Shown: positions 11,475 through 23,575 of the stretch, in pieces
How positions within the stretch are numbered: the first letter of the stretch is position 1
Layout: every line of letters starts with the position of its first letter
DNA from: Macrostomum lignano
Lineage: Eukaryota
Assembly: GCA_002269645.1 (NCBI GenBank)
Contig: NIVC01000343.1
Location: forward strand, 1 to 64,000
Length of the DNA stretch: 64,000 bases
Direction: 5' to 3'
Made by a program: the position numbers and the translations under genes
Notes under the pieces: generated by a model
What the model was told of the DNA's origin: nothing
Databases searched by the model: none
Seen by the model: the letters and a program-made list of their open reading frames with translations, nothing else

Positions 11475-13879
11475 CCACAGTGTAGGTGAGGTTACCCTGG
11501 CCAACTAGGGTACAGGTGAAGGTGCCGGGCTGCAGATTAGCTACCACACAGTAGCCGGCAAGCTGGTCTGGTGGGTTGATATTCGAGTCATGATCGTAGA
11601 CAGACAGGTTTACCCGCTGACCAGGGTAAAATCGACTCGCCAGTATTTCGTTCCAGGTCGGATTCAAGTTGCCTAAAATATTTTGTAAAAGTTTTGTGCG
11701 AGTATGGACCTACAGTAATAATTCATCATTCACCTCCCAGGTCAAAGTGATCTGAGATCTTGTTCTTCGTTAGCTGGTTTCAATGGTTGAGCTATTGAAA
11801 CCTCACCAATTAAGGCATACGCTCTAAAGTGCATTTTACTTTTCATTTTGCCGCCTTTTACACACAGACTGCTTATTTGCTTCACATTCATTTCTAGCTA
11901 CTCATCAGTAGGCCACCACTTACAAAACGACAACAATTGATCTGTCAGGAATTTGCAAACTGCTTTCAGTAGCTTTTGTATCTAAGTGGCTGGAACTCTA
12001 AAATAAAACTGTTTTGACACCCTTTCCCTTTCAATGCAGCACTGTGCGTTGCTCACTGCAGCACTCTATAAAAGATTTAAAAGTTAAAACAATTGTCAGA
12101 TCTACCGGCTGCTACTGCAAGCGCAACGACTTAAGTTTAACCACAGATACTAAAACATATTGTAGTCATGAGTTTGTGTCTATGGTAAAAACCTATCCAA
12201 GCGATGCTTTTCGAGGACCAAGTTATTAATCGATCGGCCTCCAAGTATTGTTGTTTCCCGTCCCGAGTATTGAGTAGCCCCTGACTTTAACAATCACCTT
12301 GCTCATTTCATATTGATTGATCTCATATCAAATTTTAAAAAGTACACGTGACGGAAGCTACGGAACTCGTAAGAGAGTATAAACTAATAGCCGGGTATCT
12401 CCAAAAATGAAGACACAGAGCTTTCGATACATTTTCTAGAGCGTACACATTCGTGCCTTTCTCACAAGTAAGCAAAATGCGACTAGCGCTACTTGAAGCT
12501 GCATTAGCCTACCAGAGATAACGCTGGAATTCGCGCCGCAGTTTTGATCATACGCTGCTGCTACCACCAGCGGATTTGGCGGCTTCCTTCTTCCAATGTA
12601 AGCCAGGTTTTTAGCAGAATTCACAGTGACAATGAACGTGTCTGCAATTATCCAGTCATCATTTTTAGTGAGCATCAATGCGATTAACTCGTTTACAATA
12701 AATATAGCCATGTACCTCCAGCTTACCTCCAGCGGCAGCTACAACTGAGTAAATCAGTATTCCCCAGATACTGAGAGCACACTGCTGACTGTTGCCAACA
12801 GTAAGGTTCCTGACACAACTGCCCAGCCTAATCCCTTTATAGACGCCTCTATGTCGATAGTAGTGAAACACTTCAAATCGTATGAAACCGCTGGGGTAGG
12901 TTGCAGGCATTTTGTAGTTCCAGGTGGGATTACGATTCCCTGTTTTCGATTTGGTTAAATAAAATGAAAATTATTAATATTTCAAAAGCGCTTATAAAAT
13001 TAATGCGGTTAAAAACTTACTTCTAATAAAAGTCGTCTCCTGGGTCACAGGCATCGGGCAGGCTGGAAGCGGCGAGGCTCGCACGTAGGGATCAGTGAGG
13101 TCTCTAGTCGCTGGGTCAAGGTCCGGTAAGCCGGTAGCTGACACAGCCTTTATTGTGTAGTAGCTCAGCAAGTTGCCTGTTTTAGCAAATTCAAGACACT
13201 TAAAATCCAACAAGCATTATAAAATTATGAACGCATTTTGTTGGACAACTCACTCTGCTGAAAGAAGGTAATGTAGCCTTTAGATCCTACGCTGCCAGAC
13301 CGTGTCAGCTGGCACTGACTGAACCCGGCCACATAGGTATTCACGATACAATCACCAATAAGCCGATCAGAACTACTGGAGTCATAGACGGAAAGAGAGA
13401 AGTTTCCCGAATGCCAATCGGGGCTTTTCGGACAGTTGTAGTTCCAGATGGCAGCGAATATGCTACATTTACCTGAATTCAAAAGGGATATTGCTTTTGA
13501 CAGTTAAATAATTTTTTACTTCTAATGACTTAAATATGCGCACTGGCAAGGAAATAAAAATATACGCTAACAGATTCCCACACGGTCCCGATTTTCTCAC
13601 CGGTCAGTTGTGTCGTACCAAAATTATAATTGACGTACCTTTAGCGTAAGGCGTTGAGCACAGTACAGAACCATCCTTAGTCACATTCAGGTAGGGATCA
13701 GCGGACCAGCCACTCAGACAGTCTAGCTGCATTCCATCCACAATGACTAGAGCTGACTCAACCTCTGTTACAGCTGCGATACAGAGTGCTATGACAGGTA
13801 AGAGTAGAATGTAATGGGCTTCAAGCTGATAACTACTGAAGCAGCTTTTCATCATTTTGGTCGCAAGAAAAATGGCCAC
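11475..13879 (-). CDS. Secreted triple-C2-domain protein, copy B; C-terminal exon(s) unresolved
   Basis: Exons 13879(or 13855)-13639, 13472-13254, 13176-13021, 12939-12727, 12641-12513, 11672-11475. All GT/AG, phase 1, frame continuous. Hydrophobic leader YILLLPVIALCIAAVTEVESA. Same 12 Cys and intron positions as copy A. Confidence 0.85.
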
Positions 13880-14579
13880 CTAATTTGAAATAAGCTTATA
13901 TTGTCAGCGCCAAGTCACTGGAGGGCCTGTATATATACTGAGAGTGTGAATTTACTTACATGTGTTGTGTACATAACTGGTAAACATGCAGGCCCGATGC
14001 CCTACATGTGGGCAAACTGTGGATTCTAGTTTGAGTATAATTAAGGCTTATGGCGTCATACCTCTCGGGCTGCATCAGTTGTTGACATAAGACTTTTCAC
14101 GTAAATATTTTATTTCTACAGTATGCTGACACAGATGCCGCAATGGATCTAAAGTACTGGGCCCATCTTAAAATTTTCATTGAAGAAAAACGTTTTCTAG
14201 CCCACTGATAGCTAACGAAAGTAAACCATTGAGACTCCGGCATTTTAAGATGTGGACGGGATAATATACTGTATGTTGGTAATTTTGAACACTCAACTAG
14301 GCTTTAAAAATGAACGAATTCCATGTAGAATGTTATGTTTACCCGTGCACGTCAGCACGGACTACTTAATTAGAATATAAACGACACTTAATTAGTCCGC
14401 GTACACGTCTGGTACCTGTGGTCGGTTTGGCCTCCTGCTCCTGCTCCTCCTGATCGTATTTTATACACGTAGATACTGCCAGGCCTTGGGACGCACAAAC
14501 TTAGCCTGGCACTGTGTTTGGGCTGGGCTCAACAAGCCAAGGGGCCGGACCACCAAACCCCTCACCAGTCAGAATTCCC

Positions 14580-14990
14580 GTTGAAATTTTTACCTGGTAT
14601 CTCATCCGGACTTTTTTGGGGTTCATCCAGAATTTTTTACTATTCGGGTAATACGATCAGATCCCGGTGGAAATTCCGGATCTGTAACGAAAGTTTACAG
14701 AATCCGGGCGAGTTTTCCGGATCAGAATGAAAAATTCCGGAAAATAGACCCGAATCACTATAAAAATTCCGGTGACAGTTCCGAGTGAATTCGGGGCGAG
14801 TGAACCGGATCTGCAGACGAATCCGGATGAATTTCTTGTTCTGGATGAGTGGACCTTGTGCTTAACAACGTAGTATAAAATTAAATAAAGAACGGGTCAT
14901 TGTTCCATAAATTTTCCACGACCCGGAATTCGACTCCGATTTCCCCGGATACCGGGCACCGGAGCATGCGCAGGCGTCTGCGCAGGCGTT
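14580..14990. repeat. CCGGA/TCCGG-rich segment, probably subterminal region of a DNA transposon
   Basis: Many dispersed CCGGA/ATCCGG motifs; no TIR partner found. Confidence 0.4.
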
Positions 14991-15137
14991 TTTTGCGCGA
15001 GTTCCAGTTGTAGAGATCTCCAAACATGGTAGCCTACTAGAAGTAGTAAGATAAAATTATGAACACAAATTTAAAAATAGCTATGCGTCATACTCTATTT
15101 TTAGTAATACCACTAATATCCCGCAAACAGCGAGTGA

Positions 15138-16400
15138 CTATGCTATTGTCCGAAAAACCGGTTCTCGACATCTATTTTTAGAACTTCCAAATATAGTAAA
15201 TGTTAACCTGAATGTGACCCAAGTCTCACCTTTTTCTATTCCAAATCCCCACCTGTCAAATAATAAAATTCCTTTCATGAACTCATCAAAAAACCGCGGT
15301 TCTGAGCTCAAGGTCGACTCAAGGCTTACAAATTGTGTATCAATACAAACGCAAAATCTGAGCTGAAATCTCAGACTCGGAGCAGCCTCCAAAGATCTTG
15401 GGCTTTGCAAGAGCAGCCAAACGAGGCTACATCTCTGAGGAAGAGATAAACACCGATTGGTAAGCTTTGTTCGAGTCTTCGTTATTTTGATTATTGAGAG
15501 CTATTGTTATTGCCGGCCGTTAATGTTCAGTTGATTTTATTGAGACTATTGAGTTTGAGGCCTCCCTTTTCCTAAGGGATAGGATAGGATCTGCGGACCG
15601 ATTCCGATACACTTAGAGGATTATCGAGTTATTGATTTTATTTTTTCCTAGATTAACCGATAGGAGCACACGACTCCGATTCCGTTAGTTCTAGAAGAAG
15701 ACGCCCTTTTTGGAGGACCTCGTATTATTATAGAAGTTGATTTTGTTATTAGGGCGCATCGTTGACATTGATTTCTGCACTCGAGGAATACTGCGACGTC
15801 GATTTAATTGTTACGCTCTCACTTTCGGCCGATTTTAGAAATCAAGAAGACTACTCAGAAGAAAGAAGCTTCAAGGAGACGAGCTCTACAGACGCGCGCT
15901 ACAAAGAAGAGGAGCCCGCAACAGTAAGTGATCATTGACTTTGTTCCCAGGCTTAAGTGTCTGGAAGTGGGAGTTTTCGAGTGACTGATCACCACTCGAT
16001 CAAACTCTTCACAGTTTCCGGAAGTCGGCCTCTCTCTAATTTTCGGCAGCTTGGACGTGACCCATAACGATTCGTCGCGCCTTCACCCGATCCTTCGCCT
16101 TCGCCTTCTTCAACTCATCGAGGCTTATTGGCACGTTAACGTGCTTGCAGTAACCCTGGACAGTCTCCAGTTTAGCGGTGTTAGCTACACGGACTTGTCT
16201 AGCCTCGCCATGCATCCAGTTCCATCAGACTCCGAGTTCACTACGAAGTTGACCATTTTCGGTTTCCATGACCCTTATACATGTAATATCCTGTCGCCCA
16301 CTGCACTTTCTCTTCATTGCAATCGTCCCTGAGCGCATACGGTGTGGGATTTCGACCGGTGTCGCTGGTTACGCTGCGCGTCACTTTGAAGGCGACGCCA
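15138..16400 (-). pseudogene. Decayed ORF, possibly the N-terminal region of a Penelope-like element
   Basis: Broken frames contain GYCKHVNVPISL, KARRIVM and LTNRCLSLPQR, weakly resembling Penelope N-terminal motifs; many stops. Confidence 0.3.
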
Positions 16401-16539
16401 TCATCGTCCCGAGAAGTCGAAGGTGACGAGACGCACGTAGCAGTCGCCGTATACGCCTCTGCCTGCCTGCCTGCTTGCCTGCCTGCCTGCCTGCCTGCCT
16501 ATCCATGCAGTTTGTTGAGTTAACGTATAAAATAATCAA

Positions 16540-16602
16540 AAAGTTGATGGGTTTCGGCCTTTTCGGCCCCTTTCGGGAAGCCTTCGGGCCTCAGGTCTCA
16601 GA
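16540..16602 (-). ncRNA. Hammerhead-like multi-hairpin motif (non-canonical core)
   Basis: Minus strand reads CTGAGACCTGAGGCCCGAAGGCTTCCCGAAAGGGGCCGAAAAGGCCGAAAC: three stacked mini-hairpins between a CUGA-like start and a GAAAC end. Confidence 0.3.
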
Positions 16603-17828
16603 AATAAATTAATTAGAGTCCTGGCCCCCCACTCCTGTCACATGGTCAGCCCCATGGTAGCTTGATCGTGTGGCGAGCAGTCTAGGTCCTATAGCTAAGA
16701 GAAGGACAGCGAGAGACAAGCAGGGAGAATTTTGAAGGTATAGATCAGCTAATCCACAGATTAACTAACCCGCTGCCACCAGCCCGTGCGTCCTGGCTCA
16801 CCAAACCGGAACTTTCGAAATCGGGCTTCCGACTAGAGGGGGCTTAGCACTTACCTGCCAACTAAGTGTCTTTTTGCTGTCAATCTCGAAGTCATAGCCG
16901 ATGATAAGGGAAACTGCTGGGACTTGATCGCATTGGCCATGCAGGTACAGAGGGGACTTGTGCAGGGGATTCTTGCAGTGGCGAGACTATGGGGTAGCTA
17001 CATGTACTATTACATTGCTAAATACGAGGAATTGTACTTTTGGCCTTCAACGCGCTAACTAGGCTCTCGTAGCGCTGATGATAGACTAACTCGAACATCG
17101 GAGACCGCATGATTCATTACCCGAGCCGCTTGGCGGACCTAGTGTGCACAGAGTGCATCTCTAGCGCCGATTTTGCACTATTGGCAATTTTGCTAACTGA
17201 TTTGATAGATTGATCGACTGAGAACTGCCTTGCCATTGGTCCACTGTGACCGGCGCCTACTAGTAGCTTAGCTACTCATCTGAGCCATCGGCGAACAAAG
17301 AAATAAAACCGATAAAAATAACTGTCAGATTTAACCTTCTTACTGATTCACTTCACACTTCAGATTGAATTGGAGTCTCAGACTACTAACAGTATTATTG
17401 AATGATTTCTGCCTCGATAACAGCACTACTGAACAAAATGAGCAAAAGTGTGCGCCTAATCCAGCTACTGAAATAAGGGACAGATAAGGAATCACCCAAT
17501 CAAGCAAGTCTAGGTAGCCTTTTACCCAACCAATCAGAAACTCATCAGCCGGAGACCAGGTAATCCACAGTGACCGAATCGGCTTAGTGCTTCGCAGCTG
17601 TAGGCCCGGGATGATGCTGAAGTCACAATCTTCGCAGATAGCTAGCAGTTGATGTTCTTAATCTTGATGTTCGCTGCTGACGACCGTGGGGATTCGTCCT
17701 TGATGATGATGGGGGGACTCGCGATCCGGGGATCAAGAGACGACGGTCGAGCTCGGGGAGGTCTAAGTTAGGCCAAAGTCCCAGGAGGCGGAGCAGGAGG
17801 TTGAGTCCGAGCGGGCCAAAAACACCAG

Positions 17829-17959
17829 TTTAAATAGCCGCAAACTGGACCGCAATTTGTTATAATGTAACACCTCGACGCTGATTGGCTGAGCCGATTT
17901 GTTATAACGCACGTCGAATTTTCTAATTGGCTGAGCTTGTTGCCACCCAAACTCACGTG
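17829..17959 (-). promoter_or_regulatory. Putative Pol II promoter: E-box, two CCAAT boxes, TATTTAAA box
   Basis: Minus strand order: CACGTG (17954-17959), GCTCAGCCAATTAG (17923-17936), GCTCAGCCAATCAG (17881-17894), TATTTAAA (17829-17836). Confidence 0.5.
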
Positions 17960-18644
17960 ACCAGAAGATTCTATCAGTTTCCTCGGGGCCATAAAAATAC
18001 GACAGGTGCGGTCACAAATCACTCAAAATCGCTACATAATGATTTATGACCTTTCGCGTAGGAATGACAAAAATTAATGAAAAAATATACATTAGAAAGC
18101 TCTTATTAAGTAGAAAGTGAAGATAATGAAGAGAAATCGCTAATCGCTAATCTCAAAGTACTTTTAGGGGTAAAACGCATAGCTGTCAAAGCTGTCACAC
18201 GCTTGAGTGAACACGAACAATAGGCCCTGACCTCATAAATCTTGATGGCCTGTCAAAATGATGAGAAAAAAGCTACCGCCCGCATCCTCTCAGACCATCT
18301 GGCGCCAGTCTCAGCATTGAGTGAGGCGCAGGTGGCTGTCAGACCAGCTCGAAAGCAATGATTTATGACCCAAAAGCCGCACCTACCAGGTATGTTATTA
18401 TAACTACAAGTATGACAAAATCATATAACTGAATTGTAGGAAAATTACATAAAAGAAAAGAAAAGATGCCCATAGCCTGTTGTTAGTAGGCTAGTAAGTT
18501 TGGAGCCCATACGCGAGCGTGAAGTTTGGAAAAAAGTGCGTCCTCATCAAAGTCAAAAAACAAGAAGCGCGCATATACGAGTATGAACTGAAGTTCTGAA
18601 GCATATGCTGAAGCACAAAGTGCTGTAGTTTATTTTGGCAAGCG

Positions 18645-18881
18645 GTAAGCGACATGTTTCGCCTCGTGTCAGGCATCGAGAGGCTCTTGAAAAATACCAG
18701 CGATTATTTGTTCATTTATTTTTATTCAACTATTTGGATGAAAGCGGGTCAATATTAGTCAGTAGTCTTCTCAAATCTCCTAAGCTTAAAATCCAGATTT
18801 TGGACCGTGACTTAAATCTTGGGCTGAAGATTTTTTTAAGAGCGGGACGATACCTGACGCGAGGCGAAACATGTCGCTTAC
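18645..18881. mobile_element. 237-bp inverted-repeat element (MITE-like)
   Basis: 34-bp inverted repeats at 18645-18678 and 18848-18881 with 2 mismatches; no clear TSD. Confidence 0.55.
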
Positions 18882-19119
18882 AAAAAATGATGGCGTTCAC
18901 ATTTTTAAAATATGAATAGCATATGCATATTAATAGCAACTACACATGCGCGTGGCGTTACAAATTGTTATAGCAACAATCAATTATAGCATTTTATAGC
19001 TCGCTCGCCGGCTGCCAACTCCCCAGAGCGTTCCTACGTCATAATTAATTGATTGTCATAATCGAGCGTCATAGTCATAATTATTAGTATTATTATTAGC
19101 AGTGGCGTGGCGCCGACAC

Positions 19120-19930
19120 AGGGGCTGGGTTTGTCGCAGGTTAGAGGAGGGGGCAACCTACAACAGATCCTCGAGCACGAATGCATCGCCGAATGTGCAG
19201 TACCGCACCTCTACGCCAGTAATAGCAACAGCAACGTTGTCCGCTGTACGAAATCGTGAGCCGCCCTCTGCGACGAATGCATCAAGCAACTGTTTGATGA
19301 CCCCTTTTTTTGCCTTCGGCAGGCCGCTGCTCCTGGCGGGACGATCGATTGTTCACGAGCGACCAACGCAATGCGTCGCTCCTATTAACAATCGCCACCC
19401 TTCCGGTCAGGCCTGGCTTACCGAGACCTCTATATAAGGTGGACATGCACACCGGGTCCACATCGCAAGTGTTAGCAGACCCAGGATTTCGATTTGCAGT
19501 TGTAGAAGCGACATCGTGATTGGTCCTGACAGAAAAATGCAGCTGCACTCTGCATGGCTTTGGCAAAGCCCTCCGACTGCCGCTGTTCTTCTTTGCGGAT
19601 TTAATCAACAGAGCGGGAAGGACTACTTAAGTAGACGTTTGTTACTTTAGTCGTCCTTGTCGAGCGCGGTTGCTCAATGACCAAGGCCCGTTCATTGTCG
19701 GACCAACAACTCCACTGAGTGAGAAGCTCAGATACATCACGTCGGCACACTGCTGCCTGGTATGTAGGAAGGCGCCATGCACTGCTTGGCATCCGGCTGC
19801 TGGCTGGCGATTAGCGAGATAATAAGCTTTCAGATTTTTGGCACGTCGACAATCTCTCATTGTCACAAATACGAAGTACAGGGCCTTTCCCAACATCATC
19901 AGACGTGCTCAAGTTTTCACATACGTAGAA
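19120..19930 (-). mobile_element. Decayed Penelope-like reverse transcriptase fragment
   Basis: Broken frames give GKGPVLRICDN (cf. DKG..V..D), DVDPVCMSTLY (cf. DV.SLYT) and YCTFGDAF..RGSVVGCPLL (cf. YF.F.G..Y.Q..G..MGSPLSP), in the expected order. Confidence 0.5.
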
Positions 19931-20418
19931 CATATGATTCGGCACATAAATTTAAAGTAATTACTTAGAATTTCACTTATATATTCCTACCTGTAGGGAT
20001 TGCACGAAAATTTAATACTTTTAAGGGATCCAACGCTTAAGAGAGAGTGTTAAATTAATATATAGATATAATAGTATTACATCGCACAATCGAGGTCATT
20101 GCTAGCTTAGGCTTTTTAAACTTAGTTTTGATATAAAGTGTTCCAAGTGTGTATTACTGCTGCTCGGCTGACAGGATGTAGAGCCTGCGGCTGAAAATAC
20201 AAAGGTGAAGAAGTCTCGTAAACCAGACCAGAATTATCTTGCCTTCAAACAAGAGAAGGAATCTAATTCTCAAGAGCAAATAGATGCATTTGTGGCTGCG
20301 CTAAATGGGCTTGTTAAAAATAAAGACAAAGAAAAGCAATTTGATAATCCCGAAAGTCGTTTCATACGAAAAAGTTTTGTTTTACTAAGAAATGACAAGC
20401 ATGACAAGTTAAATGCTT

Positions 20419-23400
20419 GGGTCTCCCTAAAACACGCACCGCACCGCCCCGAACCGCTACACATTATAACATTTTTTGTCAATGCAGTATTTGATTGCAA
20501 AGAAAACTATTTGTTGTACGAGTAATGGAATAAATATCTTTAATTATAATTATAAATATTGTTATTATTTTTTATATTCCCGTTTTCATTATTAAATTAT
20601 ACTATTAATATTTTATTATTATTATTAATATTAATAATATCACTTATTATTCACCGAATTTTATATTTCATAGTAAAAAAAACCTAATTTAATAAAAACT
20701 TTGAAGCTTAACAGAAAACGCATTTTAAAGTGTCTTCAGTTATAGTCCAATTTGTTTTAATGTGTAGCGCTGCAGGGCGGTGCGGAGCGTGTTTTAGGGA
20801 GGGGTCTGTATAAAAGCAGGGCACCATTGGCACATTGGACACCCCTTATGTTAACAAAAATCGAGTTTTGATCGTTGTTTTGCTTGAATAAATATACTTT
20901 GGCTTTCGAATAAAAATGTAAATATTTATTTATAATTGCACTTTTTCATATACTTATAACAACCATGAGATCGGTAGTATCAACAAGTTTTATTCTACAT
21001 TTAAATTCATTTCTTATCTTGCTTTATTGTCGAACTACTTTCGGTACGTCATTTTCATTTACCTAGTTGGTGCACTTACAGAAAACATAGAAACATTAAA
21101 TGCCGTTTCTTGTCCTCAATAAACGTTGGAAAAAGTGAGCAGCAGACTAGTTGCAGAATTTTATTGCCGGACATGGCATATTTGACTATTTGCAGCTGCT
21201 CTGGCTTGTTTACTGCCTTTCCATAAATCAACAGCAATGGTGAAAGTGAATCTAATCCTTCTCTCTCTCTCTCTCCCATAATGTTAATGTTTGATTTGCT
21301 GTTAATATGGATTTTTAAAATCCCCCGTGTCTTAAATAAAAAAACGAATAATTTTTTAAGTTGTGATTTCCATCAAAATGCAATTAATTAATGTTTTAAA
21401 AACATTTAAACTCAATAAATTATTTATTCTCTTATCAAATAGAATCCAACTCTAGAATCTTTTTCAAGGAAGGAATACTAACTATCCTTAATATTCAATA
21501 TGCATGATAATAAAGCAGTGCATTACTTTTTCAATTTAGAGAATCTAACAAGGAAATAAATATAATTTAGTACAGTACCATTGTAAGCAAAAAACCATAA
21601 GTTTACAGGTACAATTTTTTGTAAAGATAGATACAGCGGAAAATTAAAATTTGACAAAAGAATACCACAAACACTAAAAATGGGGAGAAAAAGTATTACA
21701 AACATTGGCATTAATAAAAAAGTAATAAATATTGCAGCTGAGCAAATGAAATTAGCAATTAAACAATGCAATGAGTTAAATGATAAATAACAAAGAAATG
21801 CTAAATAACATCTAGAAATGTATATTAAAGCAATTGAAGTGCACTCTGAGTTGAAAGGCTTACAACTCATAAAGTAAAGTTTAAATGCAATGTAACTTTA
21901 TATTTATTTGTAACTTTATAACAATAGAAATCATTACCATAAGCAATTGTATGAAAAGTTGCTATTAATAGTCTTATGTACTTTATCTCTACTCTAAGAG
22001 CTAACTTTCTATAAATATATATGATTCCTTGTATAAAATTAGGGATTCTTTAAAAAATTCATGCTGCAATATGCATATATCACACTCTTGACCCAAGAAA
22101 ATTATTGAAAGTGGTCAACCAATTAGCACAAAAAAATTATAGACGGCTGTAATGGTGCAAGTGGTGTTTTGGCACACCACTTAAATTAAAGTTGAAATTT
22201 TTGGAGCAGTTACACTAAAGAAAATTATTATTTTATAAAATTAAGAGAGGCTAATAAAATTAGTAGGGCTTGAATTGAATAATATGCTGTGAAGACTCAA
22301 ACTTGTAAGCCAAGAAGGCTAGAATTAGGGTTAGCAATTAGGCAATTAGGCGAACTATAGACATTAAGGAATGTGTAGGTATTAAATAAATAAATCATGC
22401 AGGTGCTAATAGTAGCTTAAAACCTATCACTTGGTCCCTTAGAATGCCATAATTTTGGACATTAGAATTAAAATATAGTGTTTTACTGATTGGGAACTTG
22501 TTCTTATTGGAAAACTTCTCATAAATATAGAAATATTAATATGAACAATACGAATAAATTTGCCTATTAAAACTTTGTGGCATTTGTAGGATTTTAGAAG
22601 AAGGAAGTATACCCTGCAACATACGTGCAGAATATTTATGTGCTAAAGGATTTAGGTCTGAAATAAATGACAATAAATGTTATGTGAAGATGGTTTATAT
22701 GTTGTTTTTTCAAAGCGTCACATATAAACTTTCAGTAAAAAGACTTCTTGGTCTGTGAGGTAGATTTTTTACTTATATGCTTGCATTTTTTAACTCATAA
22801 TTTAAATGATTAGCACAATTTCTTAAATATCATGACTTGGCAAATTATTCATTATAATGTTTTCTTAAAAGGATTGTATATAAAGAAGAGACTGTAATTT
22901 GAACTTTCACTGAGTAGCTATTCCTTTTTTTGTTGGTTGAAATCATACAAAAAGTAATTGAACTAATAAAAGAAGAAGCTTGGAAATTATTAATTTAATC
23001 ATCATCTTACAAAGTAAAAAAAACTTTTTGGGTGCAATTTTTTCATCAAATAATCTGCCAATGTATTAACTTTTTTAATATAGAAATACTTGCAATTTGG
23101 AATATCCAAAGTTCGTTCTTCATGAAGTAATCCTAACAAAATAAGTTGTGGTTTTTTGATAAGAGCAGAATGCTTCATCATTTTATGGAAAATTGAGTTC
23201 TGACTATTAGTTTGATCATTTCATATATCAGGCATATTTAGCATTAAATCGGTACGCCTGTAGTACAGAACCTTCGGGTAGTAAAATCACAGTGTAATAG
23301 CATTGCAAGCTGCAGTTTTTGCATGTGCGATTATTTTAAAAAATCGAATGCCAAATTAAACATGTACAAAAAACGATAATACAAAGAATATTTAACAAAT

Positions 23401-23575
23401 CATCTATCACGAAAACAAGGATGTCATTTCTATTATTATCAATTTTTTAAATTATTTAAAAGTATCTCCGCAAGTTTATTCTGCATTTTCATATCTAATT
23501 TTGTTATAAAAAGGGGTGTCCAATGTGTCCAATGTGCCAGTGCCAGCTTTTATACACACCCTTTTAGGGAGACCC
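20419..23575. mobile_element. About 387-bp MITE (TIR about 50 bp starting GGGTCTCCCTAAAACACGC, 8-bp TSD AAATGCTT), interrupted by a MULE
   Basis: TSD at 20411-20418 and 23576-23583. Left TIR starts at 20419; the right TIR is split into about 20750-20801 plus 23572-23575. Confidence 0.85.
20802..23561 (-). mobile_element. 2.76-kb Mutator/MULE-type DNA transposon with decayed transposase
   Basis: TIRs GGGT(C/G)TGTATAAAAGC..GGCAC..TGGCACATTGGACACCCC; 10-bp TSD TTTTAGGGAG at 20792-20801 and 23562-23571. Minus-strand remnants LYTILLRKT and IYLTDQEVFLL...YCHLFQ resemble MULE DDE-domain motifs. Confidence 0.8.

Noticed and set aside
16847-16860. ACTTACCTG resembling the U1 snRNA 5' end
   Set aside because: It is the reverse complement of a consensus splice donor; no U1 body follows.
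20205-20525. 106-aa ORF
   Set aside because: Its 3' third is MITE TIR sequence; removing the MITE gives an immediate stop; no recognisable motif.
22130-22175. IDGCNGASG resembling the Transib/RAG GxDG motif
   Set aside because: It is on the opposite strand from the MULE-like remnants, and the 10-bp TSD with GGG termini fits Mutator, not Transib (5-bp TSD, CAC termini).
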